Shown here: positions 25,816 through 39,100 of the stretch, one piece after another
Position numbering within the stretch: the stretch's first letter is position 1
Layout of the letters: each line of letters starts with the position of its first letter
Source of the DNA: Protoeuglena noctilucae
Lineage: Eukaryota
DNA length: 64,000 nucleotides
Direction: 5' to 3'
Assembly (NCBI GenBank): GCA_958009085.1
Contig: OY253689.1
Span: 62,001-126,000, forward strand
Notes under the pieces: model-generated
The model's input: only the letters and a program-made list of their open reading frames with translations
Databases searched by the model: none
Told to the model about the DNA's origin: nothing
Position numbers and translations under genes: made by a program

Positions 25816-27280
25816 TCATGCGAACATGTCCTTGACAGACCGGACGCGGGGCTTGGGGTGCAGGCGGGCGGTGAGGCGCAGGGGCTGGTCGTCGTGGGCG
25901 TGCGCCTGGGTGACGGGGGACTTGAGGCTTTCGGAGAAGCGGCGGCTGGCCAGAGGGCGACCCTCCCCGATGCCCTCTCCCTTGGGGGGTGACAGACCCA
26001 CGGGGCCCTGATGCGACGGCTGGGTGCTCAGCCCCAGGGACGCCTGGCTGACTTCGCCCTCCCTGATCCCGCTTTGCGTCCGCAACCTGCGAATGTGTAT
26101 TAAACACAGATGATATTGCAGCAACGGTGCGTGGTGTTATCTGCCACTGTGTCTCAGCATCCGCACGCACCTTCGGATGTGCATCTGTAGAATGAACTCC
26201 CTCTCTGCCCGGGACACCTCGCTGCCATCCAGCAGTCGTAGCTGCGAGGACAACGCGCGCCACAGCTCACGGGAAATGGCATGCTTGGCATGCATCTCGA
26301 ATACCTAAGGCTCCCTGCCTGTAAACCTCACCCGGTCCCCTGCCACCACCAGCTTGTCCCTGTACTTGGCGTCCGTCGTCACAAATGGATTGCCCTCCAC
26401 CCGCAGCTCCTCCAGCTGCTTCAGCTCATCCAACACCGACGCCAAGTCGTCCGCCGACTGCGGGCAAGACGAGACGTGGTCAAGCAAGTGTCATTAAAGC
26501 CCAGCCAAACCTGCTGAGAACCACGCTATCCATACCTCCCTTTCCCGTGCGTGCCAGAGTCGCACCTGGATGGCGTTGCGGGAGAGGTCGAGCACTCGCA
26601 GGCGCTTCAGGCAACGCAGGGCCCCCAGGCTGGCACCGTCGAGACCGTTGCCAGCGAGATTGAGGACGCGCAGGGACGGGGCGAGGGCCGCCAGGCACCC
26701 AGGGTCCAGTGCTAGCGCCTGCCCCTCTCCCAGGCGCTGGTCCACTGCGTGCAGCTCTTCCAGCTCACCACACCCGGCCAGCCCCGTCAGCGCACCCACG
26801 CGGTTGCCATCCACATACAGCTTCTGCAGGTGTCGCAGGCTCCCGGCCCCCTCCAGGTCCGTCAGGTCGTTCTTCTGGAGGTACAGGCTTCGCACCCGTC
26901 CGATGGAGGACGGCAGCGAGCCCAGGCTCGTGAGCTGGTTCTCGTACAGGTACACTGCCATCGCCTCGGGGCACGCGAGGAGCTCGTTGCCGACCTGCCC
27001 TAGGGAAAGATTGTTCAGATACAGATGCGTTTGTCGTCGTAGGAAGGCCGAGTCGTCCTCCGTGGTCATCTTCTTGCTCTGGGAGCGCGACAACGCGCGC
27101 TGCGGAGGACAGGGGTGAAGGCGGGCCGTTCAAACACGCGCTCATTCCCTGCGCAGCTCCACATTAGCAGCGTCATGACCTCGCCTTGAGGAGCGCATCG
27201 CGCGTCAAACGGTTGCTCGTCGAGCACGGCTCGTCCGTTTTGGGGGGCACATGCGCGACGCGAGGAGCTTCGGTGCTCAT
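25816..27280 (-). CDS. PPP1R42: Leucine-rich-repeat protein PPP1R42/LRRC67 (cilia-associated)
   Basis: RLTRDALL...FLRRQTHLYL...VYLYENQL...SLYLQKNDL...KLYVDGNRV...EELHAVDQRLGEGQALALDPGCLAALAPSLRVLNLAGN...GNPF...KYRDKLVV follows PPP1R42 colinearly. Confidence 0.85.
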
Positions 27281-27633
27281 GGCGCCAGCGCAAACCTGCA
27301 GTCGCCAAGGCGTTTTTGGGGACAAAGTGCGGCGGCGGAGGGTCCAGACGAGTCGCAGGAGCGGGCCTGGCAGTGGCGCGTCACCAGAAACATGGCTCCT
27401 GCGCGCCTCTTCCCGGCCCGTTCCCCGGCCGTGGGTGCGAGAGCTCACGGGCACTCCAAACACTCAGGCTGCCCGCTCCACCTTCACCGGCTCGCTGTAC
27501 ACGCGATTCTGCCTGCGCTCGTTGCAGCTGAGGGCCGCTAGGCTGCGGAACGCCACGCGCTCGGGGTCAAGGGGGGATCAGGGGTACGGGTGCGCTTGAG
27601 GCTCGGTGCCCTCGCGAGGACGGGGTCGGGAGG

Positions 27634-30002
27634 ATGGTGGGGACGGAGGACCCACCCGGGAACGGCCCGATGGACATCGTCGCGGCCGGCCCCGCGAGCA
27701 GCGCGGTCCCGGACCTTCGGAAGCTGAAGATTTCCACGGTTGAGAGCCACACGAAGGCCGTGGGGATCATCGTGCCGCCCCCGGACATCCGGTGAGGGCG
27801 GGGTTGGCGGGAGGCGATCTCCGCGCGACCCTGCCGCGGTGCCTCGCCGTGCGCCGACAGCCGGGTCCGAGAGCGCGCACGATGGCTTCCGGCATGCCGA
27901 AGCTCGGAGTCCGCGGCCTCGCAGGGCCATCCTGGAGAAGACGGCCCAGTTCGTCGCCAAGAACGGTGTGGCGTTCGAGCAGAAGATCCTTGCGAACGAG
28001 GAGAAGAACAACAAGTTCCAGGTGACGGAAGGGGCGCGGCGACCGGGCGCAGCGGCCCCCAGCGCGCCCCGCGTGCGCGAGAGGGCGGGCACGGTTGCAC
28101 ACGGGCTCTCTTTCCGTCTCGCGACCGCAGTTCCTCATCCCGACGAACCCCTACCACACCTTCTATCGAAAGAAGGTCGAAGACTTCAAGGAAGGGGGCG
28201 GGGAGGCCGCAGAAGGCAAGGCCGCGGCGCCGGCCAAGGAGCCCGAACCAGAGCCGGAGGTGGTCAAGGTCATCAGGTGCGCTGGACCTGCTTCGTGCTT
28301 TTCTGCATCCTTGGTGTCCCCGTGCATTCGCAGAAAGCACCGTTTGCCTGCGCTTGCGTGCTCGCCTGCTGTCGTGCATGCGCTTGTCAGCACACGGTCC
28401 CTTGCTGTTTGTCTCCTTTGCAGGACCAAGGACTTGGAGAAGCCAGATCCGGAGAAGTACACGGTGCACGTGCCCGAGGGCCTTTCCGCCATGGACATCG
28501 ACGTGATCAAGCTCACCTCGCAGTTTGTGGCGCGCAATGGCCGCAGCTTCCTGCAGGACCTCTCGGCCAAGGAGACCAAGAACCCCCTGTTCAGCTTCCT
28601 GCGCCCGACGCACTCGCTGCACGGTTTCTTTACCGCCCTGGCCGACGCCTACGCCCGGGTGCTGATGCCGCCCAAGTCGGTCATCGCGCGGCTGGAGGCC
28701 GACATGGCCGACCGCACCAAGATCATGGAGAGGTGCCTGAAGAGGCTGGAATACGACAAGGCGCTGGACAGGCGAGTGGGGGGCAGTGGATGGCTTGTAG
28801 CGCACGGGTGGTCAGGAACGCGCCTCTCTCCTTGCACTTGTTCACATGCCTGCCGTCGTCCGCGTCTGCCTTGGTTCACGCCATCCCTCGCGCCTGCTCT
28901 TGCCTGCTTCTACTAACATCCTGCCCTCAATTGCATCTGCGATCGCCCCCTCTCTGTGTGTGCAGGGAGCGCCAGGAGGCGGCGGAGGAGCAGGAGCGGG
29001 AGCGCTCGGAGATGCAGCAGATCGACTGGCACGACTTCGTGGTCGTGGAGACGATCGACTTCTTCGACGACGAGGACCTGCCGCCTCCCCTGACCCTCCA
29101 GGACCTGCTGACGCTGCGGAAGGCGCAGGAGGTGGGGGAGGCGGAGGCGGCGGCAGAGAAGCCCCGGGAGGTGGCGGGGGCGGGGGCGGGGGTGCGGATG
29201 GACGCGGAAGAGGCGGCGATGGTGCGGGAGGCGAGCGGGGCGGGCCGCAGCGCGGGGGTCACGGGCGGCACAGGCGGGGTGGTGGTGGTCGACGACGCCG
29301 CGCCTCTGCGGGTGGTGCGGGACTACCAGCGGGAGATCCGCGGGCGGGGCATGGACCCGACGCAGTACGTGGTGTCCCCCCTGACCGGGGAGATCGTGGC
29401 GGTGCGGGACATGGAGGAGCACATGCGCGTGTCTCTGATCGACCCGCGATGGCGGCAGCAGAAGGAGGCGATGCTGTCGAAGCTGCGGGACACGACGCGG
29501 GCGAACGACGAGGAGATCACCAGCAACCTCATGACGCTGGCCAAGGTGAGGGGTGCACGGGATGACGCTGGCCAAGGTGAGGGGTGCACGGGATGTGGGA
29601 GTGTAGCAGTAACTAGGGGGAGCGACAGGGCAACTGAGCACATGGCAAAGTACTGCGTTGTGTTATGGTAGATTGCAGTAATTGCATTGGATGTTGAGGT
29701 TCCCTTGGACATCTGCCCGCCCTCAGACGCGCCCCGACATCTTCGCGACGACGGAGGAGGAGCTGCAGGGCGTGCTTGCCAACGCCATAGAGGAGCGCAA
29801 GACGACGGGGACGGGGCGGCCGGTGGCGTGGGACGGGTTCACGAAGGGCAAGGGTGCCGCGGAGCAGCAGCGGCAGGCGGAGGAGCAGCGGGCGGGGGGG
29901 CAGGTCAAGGCGTTCCCTCGGGTGCAGAACCCTCCCCTGCCGCAGCAGGGGCCGCAGGGGGAGTCGGGCGAGCAGCCCACCAAGCGGCAGCGCACCGAGT
30001 GA
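27634..30002 (+). CDS. SF3A1: Splicing factor 3A subunit 1 (SF3a120/Prp21): two SURP domains plus PRP21-like domain, no C-terminal UBL
   Basis: GIIVPPPDIR|AILEKTAQFVAKNG; DIDVIKLTSQFVARNGRSFL; MQQIDWHDFVVVETIDF; MEEHMRVSLIDPRW; TRPDIF. Confidence 0.95.
29531..29592 (+). repeat. Perfect 31-nt tandem duplication spanning an SF3A1 exon-intron junction
   Basis: atgacgctggccaaggtgaggggtgcacggg occurs at 29531-29561 and 29562-29592. Confidence 0.95.
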
Positions 30003-30084
30003 AGCGCTTAGGAGGCTTAGGGCGTGCGCTGTTCGCGGTTGAAGCCACGTGGCAGGCGCTCTATGACACATTGATCACAACTAG

Positions 30085-31017
30085 CTACCAGATGCCAGGG
30101 GCCTTGAGGAATCGCTGTGCGAATGCCGGGGCGGTGCATGCGGGATGGTCCGGCGCCATGCTTCCCCGGGACGTCCACCACTGCACCAGCCGCTCCTCCA
30201 CCTGCCGACTGACGCGTACGGTGAAGGGCTCGCCCGCCGTTGTCAGGGGCGCCACCCGCACCGTCAGCATGCCGTGGCGGTTGCCGTACGCCACATCCGT
30301 GAAGTACCTGCAGCGTTGGTGCATATACAGCGGATCCCTCAACAGTCACCTTTCTAGCGAGCGCCAACCACTGACCCCCTCCTACCCCTCACCTGTCCCC
30401 GACCATGACCATCTCCGACGCTGCGCATTGGAAGTACTCCTCCAGCTCGCTGCATCCCCCCGCGGGCTTCTTCTCCTTGTGCCGCAGCACGGGCACCCCC
30501 AGCCGGGCCTCCAGGGTCGCTGCCTGCCGCCCCTCGGGGTCGAACTGAGTCAGGCCCGCCGAGTTGGAGTACAGCACCACCTTGCCGTCAAAGGCCGCCT
30601 TGCAGCTCTGCGGCAGAGAGGACGGTTACCGCCTTGGCCAACGCACCGCGCTGCGGCGGGGCAGCTGTCAGGGCTGTCAAGACTTGCCTGGAGGGACTCC
30701 ACCAGCAGTGGATGCACTTCCAGGACATATGGCAAGGTGAGGGTGTTGTCCTTGTCGAAGATGCACGCCTTGATCCCCGCAGCCCTCATCGCGCCCCAAT
30801 CGACGTAGCGGATGTCCGGCACCGCCGCCTGCGCCAGGGACGCACCGTCTTTACATGCACAATTTACCAGGCAATGCGTCTGGCAGTTAGTTTAGCGATC
30901 TCGTCGCCCCGGCGCAGAGGACGGGCCTCGTCTCACGTGAGGGAGGGCCAGGCGCTCATGGCCAAGGACCATCTTGAAGAAGAGGGCCGTGCCGGCCAAG
31001 TTTATGCTCTGACCCAT
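30085..31017 (-). CDS. Phosphatidylglycerophosphate phosphatase, HAD IIIA YqeG/GEP4/PGPP1 family
   Basis: MGQSINLAG..., IFDKDNTLTLPY (HAD motif I), YSNSAG, HKEKKP, MVGDR|YFTDVAYGNRHGMLT. Confidence 0.9.
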
Positions 31018-31416
31018 CCCGTCCCTCTGATTCCCCTAGCCCACGGGCGCAGCGCATGACGCGCCCGCGCAGGGCGCAGCCGCAGTGTGCGCCTTCCTCT
31101 CTCTCCCTGTGCACTAGCGGGGCTTGCGTGAGAACATGTGCAGCCACACCGCGATATGAACGTGTCAATCGCTCAGACACATGCGTTTGGACGCGCTCAG
31201 GTGGACGGGGAAGCCAAATGGGGGCCAAGAGTGTCTGGCGTGTTCACTGGCAGCCGCCGACGCACCCTTTGCTCGCGGGGTTGCGCATGATGTGTCTAAT
31301 CATCGGCCCAGAGTGCGGGAGGATGCCTGCCTGAGGCGGTCCTGGGACCCAGCGATTCGTGACGCCCAACACTCGGTGTCTCGCGTGGCAGAAGCTGCAT
31401 TTGGGGCGAGAAGGGA

Positions 31417-32687
31417 ATGGCGACGGCTCTCGGGGGGCAAGCGTGCGTGGCCGGCATCATCCCGCAGGGGGTCAACCGTAGGCCTCGCACGCGCTCGCGG
31501 GGGGGCCCGCACTCCGCGGCGCTGCGCCAGTTCGACGCGCGCTGGAGATGGGGCGACCTCGTCCGCGAATCTGACGCGCGGGCCAAGCGGGGGGCGCGCC
31601 TGGTGCGGGGGAGTTTGGCGGACGAGGAGAAGGACGACCTCCTCGGGCGAATCCAGCTCATTCGCAAGCAGCTCGCGGTCGCGGTGTCTGAGGAGGACTA
31701 CAAGAATGGTGAGCGCACCATGCTCGGCATCGTTTGCTGATCGCCGGCGCTGGCACGTCGTGCCCTAGGTCCAGCGTTAAAACGGCCCCGCGGCGCCCGC
31801 AGCGGCCTCCCTGCGGGACCAGATGAAGACCCTGACCGAGGAGCTCTCGCCGTTGTTACGTCTGACGGTCGACAGCGTCCAGAAACTCGGCGGGAAGGAC
31901 GAGGAGGAGCGCTTGCGGGCCATCCGGTGCGCCTGCGTTCCGCCCCTCGCTGCGCCCTCGCAGGGACGCGGTTTGCAAGCGTACTTTCCTCCGCCATGAA
32001 TGACAGCTCGCCATGCGCATCTACGCGTCACTCGCGCAGGATTCTGGGCGAAGTTGGCGACCTGCGCGTGGTTCCCGACCTGGCCCGGGAGCTGCACGGG
32101 GGCCCGGCGTGCATGGAGGCTGCGGCGGACGCCATGTGGGCAATTTTCATGCGGGTCAAGAGCCCCGGGTGCCAGGAGCCCTTCTACGAGGGCTGCCACC
32201 TCATGAACGACAGGCGAGTGATAGTTTGCTGATGGGTGGAATGAGCCGCATGGCAGACGCGTCCGCTGCCGTCCGGTGTGCTGTACGGTGTGTTGCTCTT
32301 CATGACACTGAGCGAATTCATGCTTGGAAACCCTATCACACCCTACCACCCCCACTCTCGCCCCGCAGCAAGACGTGGCCGGCTGCCGAGGCGTGCTTCA
32401 CGCGTGTGATTGAGACGGATCCCGCGGTGATGGAGGCATGGAACAAGCGCGCCACGCTTTACTACCTCCAGCTGCGGTACCAGGAGGCGATTCACGACTG
32501 CGAGAGGGTGCTGAGCCTGTGCCCGTACCACTTTGGGGCGCTCTCGGGTCTCGGCCTCATCTACCGCGCCCTCAACCGACCCAAGGACGCCCTGCACTGG
32601 TGCCAGAGGGCCCTTCAGGTGCACCCAGGGCTGGACGCCATCCGAGTGCTGGCAGACTCATGCGAAAGGCAACTCAACGAGCCATGA
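31417..32687 (+). CDS. UVR (UvrB/C coiled coil) + HEAT-like + TPR protein, probably organelle-targeted
   Basis: IRKQLAVAVSEEDYKN|AASLRDQM (UVR motif); AMWAIFMR; EAWNKRATLYYL...DCERVLSLCPYHFGALSGLGLIY (TPR block). Confidence 0.75.
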
Positions 32688-32960
32688 ACGAGAGATGGGC
32701 CATGCATATGTGCACGACACGGTGGGGTCAATACCACGCTGGCGACTCACTGCATGCAACGCCTATGGCATCCCTCTAACGGCATTTGGGAGCTGCTCGC
32801 CCTTACTAGCGCGTGCCGTCGAATCTGTCGCGTGTCTTCTCTTGTCTAGGTAGCGCAGATGATCTAGGCACCAGCCACCCCACGTGACGGCGCCAGGCAG
32901 TTTTGCCGGCAGCGCAGCGATTCAAGGCCGGGCCCTTTAGGCATGCATTAGATGCTATCC

Positions 32961-35866
32961 TCAGCTCAGCGCTGGCCCCTCCCCGCCACCCTCGCTTCCC
33001 CGCTCCTCCACCCCACGCCCCTTGCTCTCCGGCAGGCGCCACCCTCCCCCCACGCTCCTCGCCACCCTCTCCAACGCCTTCCTCAGCTTCCACCCGCCCC
33101 TCCGCCGCCCCATGGCGCCCCCAGGCCTCTTCGCCAGCTCTCCCTCGATCTTCACATACAGAGCCTTGAGCGCCCGTGCAGCTGCTGTGCTTCCCAGGTC
33201 CTCCTCGACCCCCGCCCAGGCCGCGAGGGCCGGGAGGTGCACGGGCGACAGCAGGCACGCCCTCGCCAGCCACTCCCGCGCCTCTGCCACGTCCCCACAC
33301 CGGGCCTCCAGCAGTCCGCCCTCCATCCACAGAGGGGCGCTGTCGGGGCAGGCACCCGTGCCACGCCGGAACACCGCCCGCGCCGCCTCGATCCCCGCTG
33401 TCTCAGCTTGCATCATTGCGTAGCTGACCCAAAGGCTGGCTTCCCTGGGCTGCCGCGCAATGCCCTTCTCGAAGCTCTGGGCCGCCGCTGCGTACATGTG
33501 GAGGCGACGCTCCAGGACGCCCCTGGGAGCGAGACAGGCAAGTGTATGGCGTCAGACATTGTTTATGCATGGTGATTGTGTGTATGTGCATGTGTACGTG
33601 GTTGCCACCAGCATCTACGAACTCTGGTTCCATGCCACACACCCTCGCATGCTTCTCTGATAATAACAATAACATACAAACACAACTCACCTTAACAGCC
33701 ACGCCGTGGCGTCCTGGGGCGCCAGGTCCGTGGCGGCCGTCAGCAGCGCCCGTGCCTCCTCCATGCGACCCCGGCGCTTCTCCAGGGCACTCCACGCTTT
33801 CAGATAACTGCATAGATGTGGACATGGGCGATGTAGGCGACTGTTGGCACCACCTGGTGACTTGGAGACGGCCACTGCACCGACCTGCACGCACCGCACA
33901 TGCGACAACACCCCCCCCTGGCCTGCCCCTCACCGTGCGTTGATGTAGGGCTTCGTGGCCGCTGCGCCCTCCTCGTAGACGCGGTGCGCCCCCGTCCGGT
34001 CCCCCGACGCCGACACCGCCTCGGCCAATGCCTCGTAGCACAGCAGGACGTGCTCCGGCACGTCACCCCTGCATCCGTCAGGGCAAACGTGATACGTCAT
34101 AATACATAGGTAAGTAATGTATGAGTAAAGTCTATATCGCACAGAAAATGGACATACCATCTTCATTTGCACCCATACATGCATAACAGTGCTACACCCT
34201 CTCACCCCTTGCCACGCTCGAAGCACTCCCGCGCCTGGGCCGACTCCCCCCTCCCCAGCTCCAGCGTCCCCAGCTCATACCACGCCTTGCTGCAGCGAGG
34301 GTGGTCCCTCACCACCTCCCGCAGAAGACGCTCTGCCTCATCCCTCTCCCCTGTGAACGGACAGCGACGTGGACAAGCTTTCTAGCAACTACGAACAAAC
34401 GCTGCCCTGCATGACTGGGTTTACCATCCCATCCGATCCCATCATATCCCATCCCCCCCAAAGCCCTCACCTCGTGACTTGTGCAGGTGCTGCGCCATGG
34501 CCACCCTCAGCTGCGTGTTGCGGGGGTCGACGGCCAGCCCCATCCGCAGCAGCTCCCTCGCGCGGTCCAGGTCCCCACACAGGTCCTCCAGGAGAGCCCA
34601 GCCGAGGAGAGTGGGGACGTGGGAGGCATTCAGGGAGTGCGCGCGAGAGAAGAGATCCCTGCATGTGAGGGGGCATGCGGAGAGATGCGAGCGTTCACAG
34701 ATGAGCCCCCACTCATGCACTGCACTTGTCATGCCACGTGGCCATCGCCATGACACAGCAAGCTCATCCGCGTTATTACACCGACCACCATTCCATGTAC
34801 CACCCTAAGTAACCCATAACCCCCCCCCTCTCAGCCTCTCACCGTGCGCGCCCCACGTCCCCCCCCTCGCCCTCCATCGCCGCCCACGCCGCCAGCGCCG
34901 CCGCATCTTCCCCGCCCTCCAATGCCTGCCCAAACAGCTCCCTCGCCGCCCCCACGTCCCCTTTCCTCGACTCCAGCATCGCCAATCGGTGCAGGGCGTG
35001 CCGGTCACTGGGGCGCTGCTCCAGTACCGCCCGCACCGCCCGCGCCGCCCCCTCTGCGTTGCCCGCCGCCTCCTCCATCCGCGAGAGAAGCATCAGCGAC
35101 TGCGCATGGCCCGGATCCGCCCCCAGCGCCCGAGACAGCAGCCGCCGCGCCTCTTCCCCTTCCCCCGCCTCCCACGCCGCGCGCGCCCAGGCACTCCACG
35201 CAGGGGCACTGCATGGCAAGAGAACGATGAGTGTCACTATCTCTAACCAGTCGCAATAACTATACATGTTCTTCGTAAATTGCATCGCGCGAGACACTCA
35301 CCAGTTGGGGTCAGCTTCCGTGGCTGCCTGGAAGCACTGCCGCGCCACGGCTGGTGACCCATGCCTAGCCTCGAGCACCCCGCGCAGCTGCCAGGTGACG
35401 GCATGCGGGGAAGCTTTCGTCGCGCGCTCCGCATAGGCCAGGCAGTCGCGCACGTTACCCAGCCTGGCGTGGGCCCTGGGGAGAGGAGCAGGTGTGTGTG
35501 TGTGTGCTAGCCTGTGCAAGCCACGGAAGGGATGATGTCGCCATCAGCTCTCGCCAAGCGCATTTACCTCGCTCCGAGACACAGAAAATAGGAGTTCCCG
35601 GCGTCCTCGCGCAGCGCGTCCTCCACAATGCGCAGGCACTCGCGGGCACGGCCCCCATGCAGCAGCTCGCGCGCGCGCCGGTGGAGCGCTGCGCTGCTTT
35701 CTGTCACTGCTTGTTGCGTTTGCGAGTCACGCGTCCGCGTCCTCGGCGGGACCACGCGGCCCTCCGGGCGTCGCCCGCCATCGCCCCACGGAGCCGCGCG
35801 CACGCGGAGGGCGAGCAAGAGCCGGGGCGCGTGCGCCACGGCATGCAGACACAGCGACGCGCTCAT
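32961..35866 (-). CDS. HAT/TPR-repeat protein, HCF107/Mbb1/Nac2-like plastid RNA-stability factor
   Basis: Repeated W/L-x-x-L-E...G...AR-x-x-F/L units, e.g. WSALEKRRGRMEEARALL, LGWALLEDLCGDLDRARELL, WVSYAMMQAETAGIEAARAVFRRG. Transit-peptide-like N-terminus. Confidence 0.7.
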
Positions 35867-36193
35867 CGACACCGTCAATCAACGTCCGGCCATGTCGGGG
35901 GCCGTCCACCGGTCGCGGCCGGGCCTCGCGGTGCCGATATCGTCTGCTTCACCCCTGCAAGCTCCGTCCTCTCTTGTGGCGAGCTAAGAAGGTTGTGATG
36001 GCTCGCGAGTACCACCACGCACCGCAACGCTTGGTAGATTACGCTGAATGAGGCGCATCTGAAAGCGCATCGGCAGAAGTTCTGGCTCCTCGTCAGAACT
36101 TCGGGGACAGGTTCCAAATTCTAGCAAGTCACGAAGCGGTTTGAGACAACGCGTTCGATGACTGAAGCGCATGGCTTTTGCTTGACAGCGGAG

Positions 36194-39100
36194 ATGCCGC
36201 GGCCTCACCAGCGGCTTCCGCCGTCCAGCATGCGCCCGCTGCTCGGCCGAGCTTCGCTCCCCGCCCTGCCGCGATGTCTGCATGGGTCCCTCGCCCGCCC
36301 GATGTGCACTTCGGGATGGAATCCATGTTCACAGCTGGGCCGCGCGAACCGTGGCAGGTCGCCCGCTCCGCACGCGACCCCGCAGTCAGCGGAGCCCACT
36401 GCAGCCCCGGCCCTGCCGCGTCTCCCGATCCGGGACGTCGCCGATGCGGTCCTCGAGGCGTTGTCCACGTATGCGGGTGTCGTGGTGGAGGCTCCGCCGG
36501 GCGCGGGCAAAACGACGCTCCTTCCGCTGTTGCTGCTGGCCCGGGACCCCGCCTGGTTGCACGGTGAGGGGCAGGGCGACCTCCGGCACCTCGCAGCGAC
36601 GGGCGGGGGCGTGCCAGTCCGCCCAATAATCCTTCTCACTGCCTCGCTCGCCGTGCAGGGAAGCGCATCGTCGTGCTGCAGCCGCGCCGGGAAGCGCATC
36701 GTCGTGCTGCAGCCGCGCCGGCTGGCAGCCATCAGCACCGCGCGTCGCATGGCGGCCTTGCTGGGGGAGAGGGTGGGCGAGACGGTGGGAAACCGGGTGC
36801 GCGGACAGTGCCGCGTCTCCCGTCGAACGCGGATCGAGGTTGTGACGGACGGAGTGCTGCTGCGGTGGCTGACGGGGGAGGCTGTCGCTGAGGGGTCGAC
36901 GTCACGAGTGGATAATGACAAGACATCGAGCATCGGCGCGGTGTTCCTCGACGAGTTTCACGAGCGAGGGGTCACGAGTGATCTGTGCCTGACGCTGTTA
37001 CTGCATAGGATGGCACGACAGGGTGCGCTCAAGGGCGCCAGTGAGGGTGCAGGCGGGGACGGGAATGAGGGCTCTCTGCAGCACTCCGAAGCAACCACCA
37101 AGCATCCTGCATCCTCGCCTCGCCTGTGCGTGATGAGCGCCACTCTGGGCCGCGGGCTGAGCGCCCGGGTGGCCGCGATGGTGGGAGAGGCGGCGGGGGC
37201 GGGCCCAGTGCCCGTTGTAACCAGCGAGGGGCGGCCATTCCCGGTGCGGGTGCGCTACGCCGGGAGCCCCGGCCAGGGCCGCGGGGACTTGGAGCGGGCG
37301 GTGGCGGCTGCGGTGACGGAGGTGTTGAGGGAGACGGGCAGAGGGGACGTGCTGGTCTTTCTGCCGGGCGTGGGCGAGATCCGAAGGGTGGCAACTGCGC
37401 TAGGGTCCCTGGGTCAAAGCGTGGCGGTGGTATTGCTGCACGGTGACCTGAGCCCGGGTGCCCAGGAGGCAGCGATTGCGCCAGACGAGAGTGGTGAGAC
37501 GGTGTGATCGGTGTGCTGAGTTTTATGGGGCATGTGCGGATGGTACGTGATTGAACTAATGCATATTACCAATAGAAGCAGCACCCGCTTTGTATCTCCC
37601 CCAGGTCGCCGCAAGGTCATTCTGAGCACGGCGGTGGCAGAGACGTCAGTGACAGTGGAGGGGGTCACTGCGGTGGTGGACGCGGGGCTCTCGAGGGGCG
37701 CGTGGTACGATGCGGACCAGGGGATGAGCGTGCTGCGGACGGGGCGGGTCAGCGGGGCGTCGGCGGAGCAGCGGGCGGGGCGGGCGGGGCGCGTGCAGCC
37801 GGGGACGTGCGTGCGGCTGTGGAGCGAGAAGGCACACAAGTAAGTGACGGAGCGGAATGGACAGGAGATGGTACAAACACTATGATTAACTCTGCATGCG
37901 AATGCCACCCTGCATGCAAGCGTGTCATGTGCCTCACCGCCCGCAGAGACCTTGCGGAGGAGGAGGTGCCAGAGATGCTGCGGTCGGACCTGACTCAGGT
38001 CGCCCTGGCTCTGGCCGCGGCGGGCGACCCCACCGGTGCCTCTCTGTCTTGGGTCGATGCGCCCCCATGGCCATCGCTGCAGAGAGACCTGGGCCTCCTG
38101 GCATCCCTGGGGGCAGTCGAGCTGCAAAGACACAGTGCTGCAGCAACCTCTGCATCTGAGGGGAGCGAGGCGGTGGCTTCGGACATCACGGGCGTGCGTG
38201 TGACGTGGGTGGGGCGCGGGATGCAGGGCGTGGGGCTGCACCCGCGCCACGCGCGGATGCTGCTGGACGGGTTGCTGGTCGGCATGGCCATGGAAGAGCA
38301 AGTCAGTCGTATTGACGGAGGAGAGAAAGGACAACAGGGAGGTGGTGGTGGCAGTGAGCTCGAGCGGGGAAGGGGAACACGAGCCGTGGATGCTGCGCTG
38401 CACCCAGCGCGGGTGGCGTGTGCGCTGGTGGCGGCGCTGTCAGACCGGGACGTGGTCATTGGCACTGGGAGGGGCCCCACCTCCCTCAGACCTGGTGCCG
38501 CGGGTGGCGGCGCTGCTGGGGAGGCCAGAGGTGGTGTCGAGCGCAGCGGCAAAGTCGCTGGCAGGGGCGGTGGATGCGGGGAGGGCGAAGCGGGCATGGA
38601 GGGACGCCGTGGCTGCGTGGCGACAGCTGGTGGCGGCAGTGGGGGTGGCATCTGGTGGGCGTGGGTGGGAGGAGGGCGAGGGAGTGGCTGTGGATGTTGG
38701 TGGAGAGGGCGAGAGTGGAGATGCCGCCGAGCCTGATGAGTCGTGGTTGGGGCAACATGCACAGGAAAAGGAGGCAGCATGCACTGAGATCCCGCCAGGC
38801 CTCATGCGAGGTGAGGGAGCCGCAGCCGCTGCAGCTTGGCACGACGCGCCAGTGTGCCTGCCTCTCTTAGCCACGAATGCCATTCTTCCTCCCACTCTAC
38901 CACAGGCCCACGCTTGTTGGCACAGCTTACAACAGGCACACAGGCCGACGAGGACCAACTGCGGCTGCTGGTGGGGTACCTGGCAGCAGTGGGCTGCCCG
39001 GACCGGGTGATGGCGCAGCGGGGGCGGGCACCTCACACGGGGGCCTTCACGACGGCGCTGGGTGCGGCCGTGTCGGTGCCGCCGCGGGAGGACTGGGTGG

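Noticed and set aside
27567..28805. 412-aa minus-strand ORF
   Set aside because: Antisense to SF3A1 exons, with no recognisable motifs.
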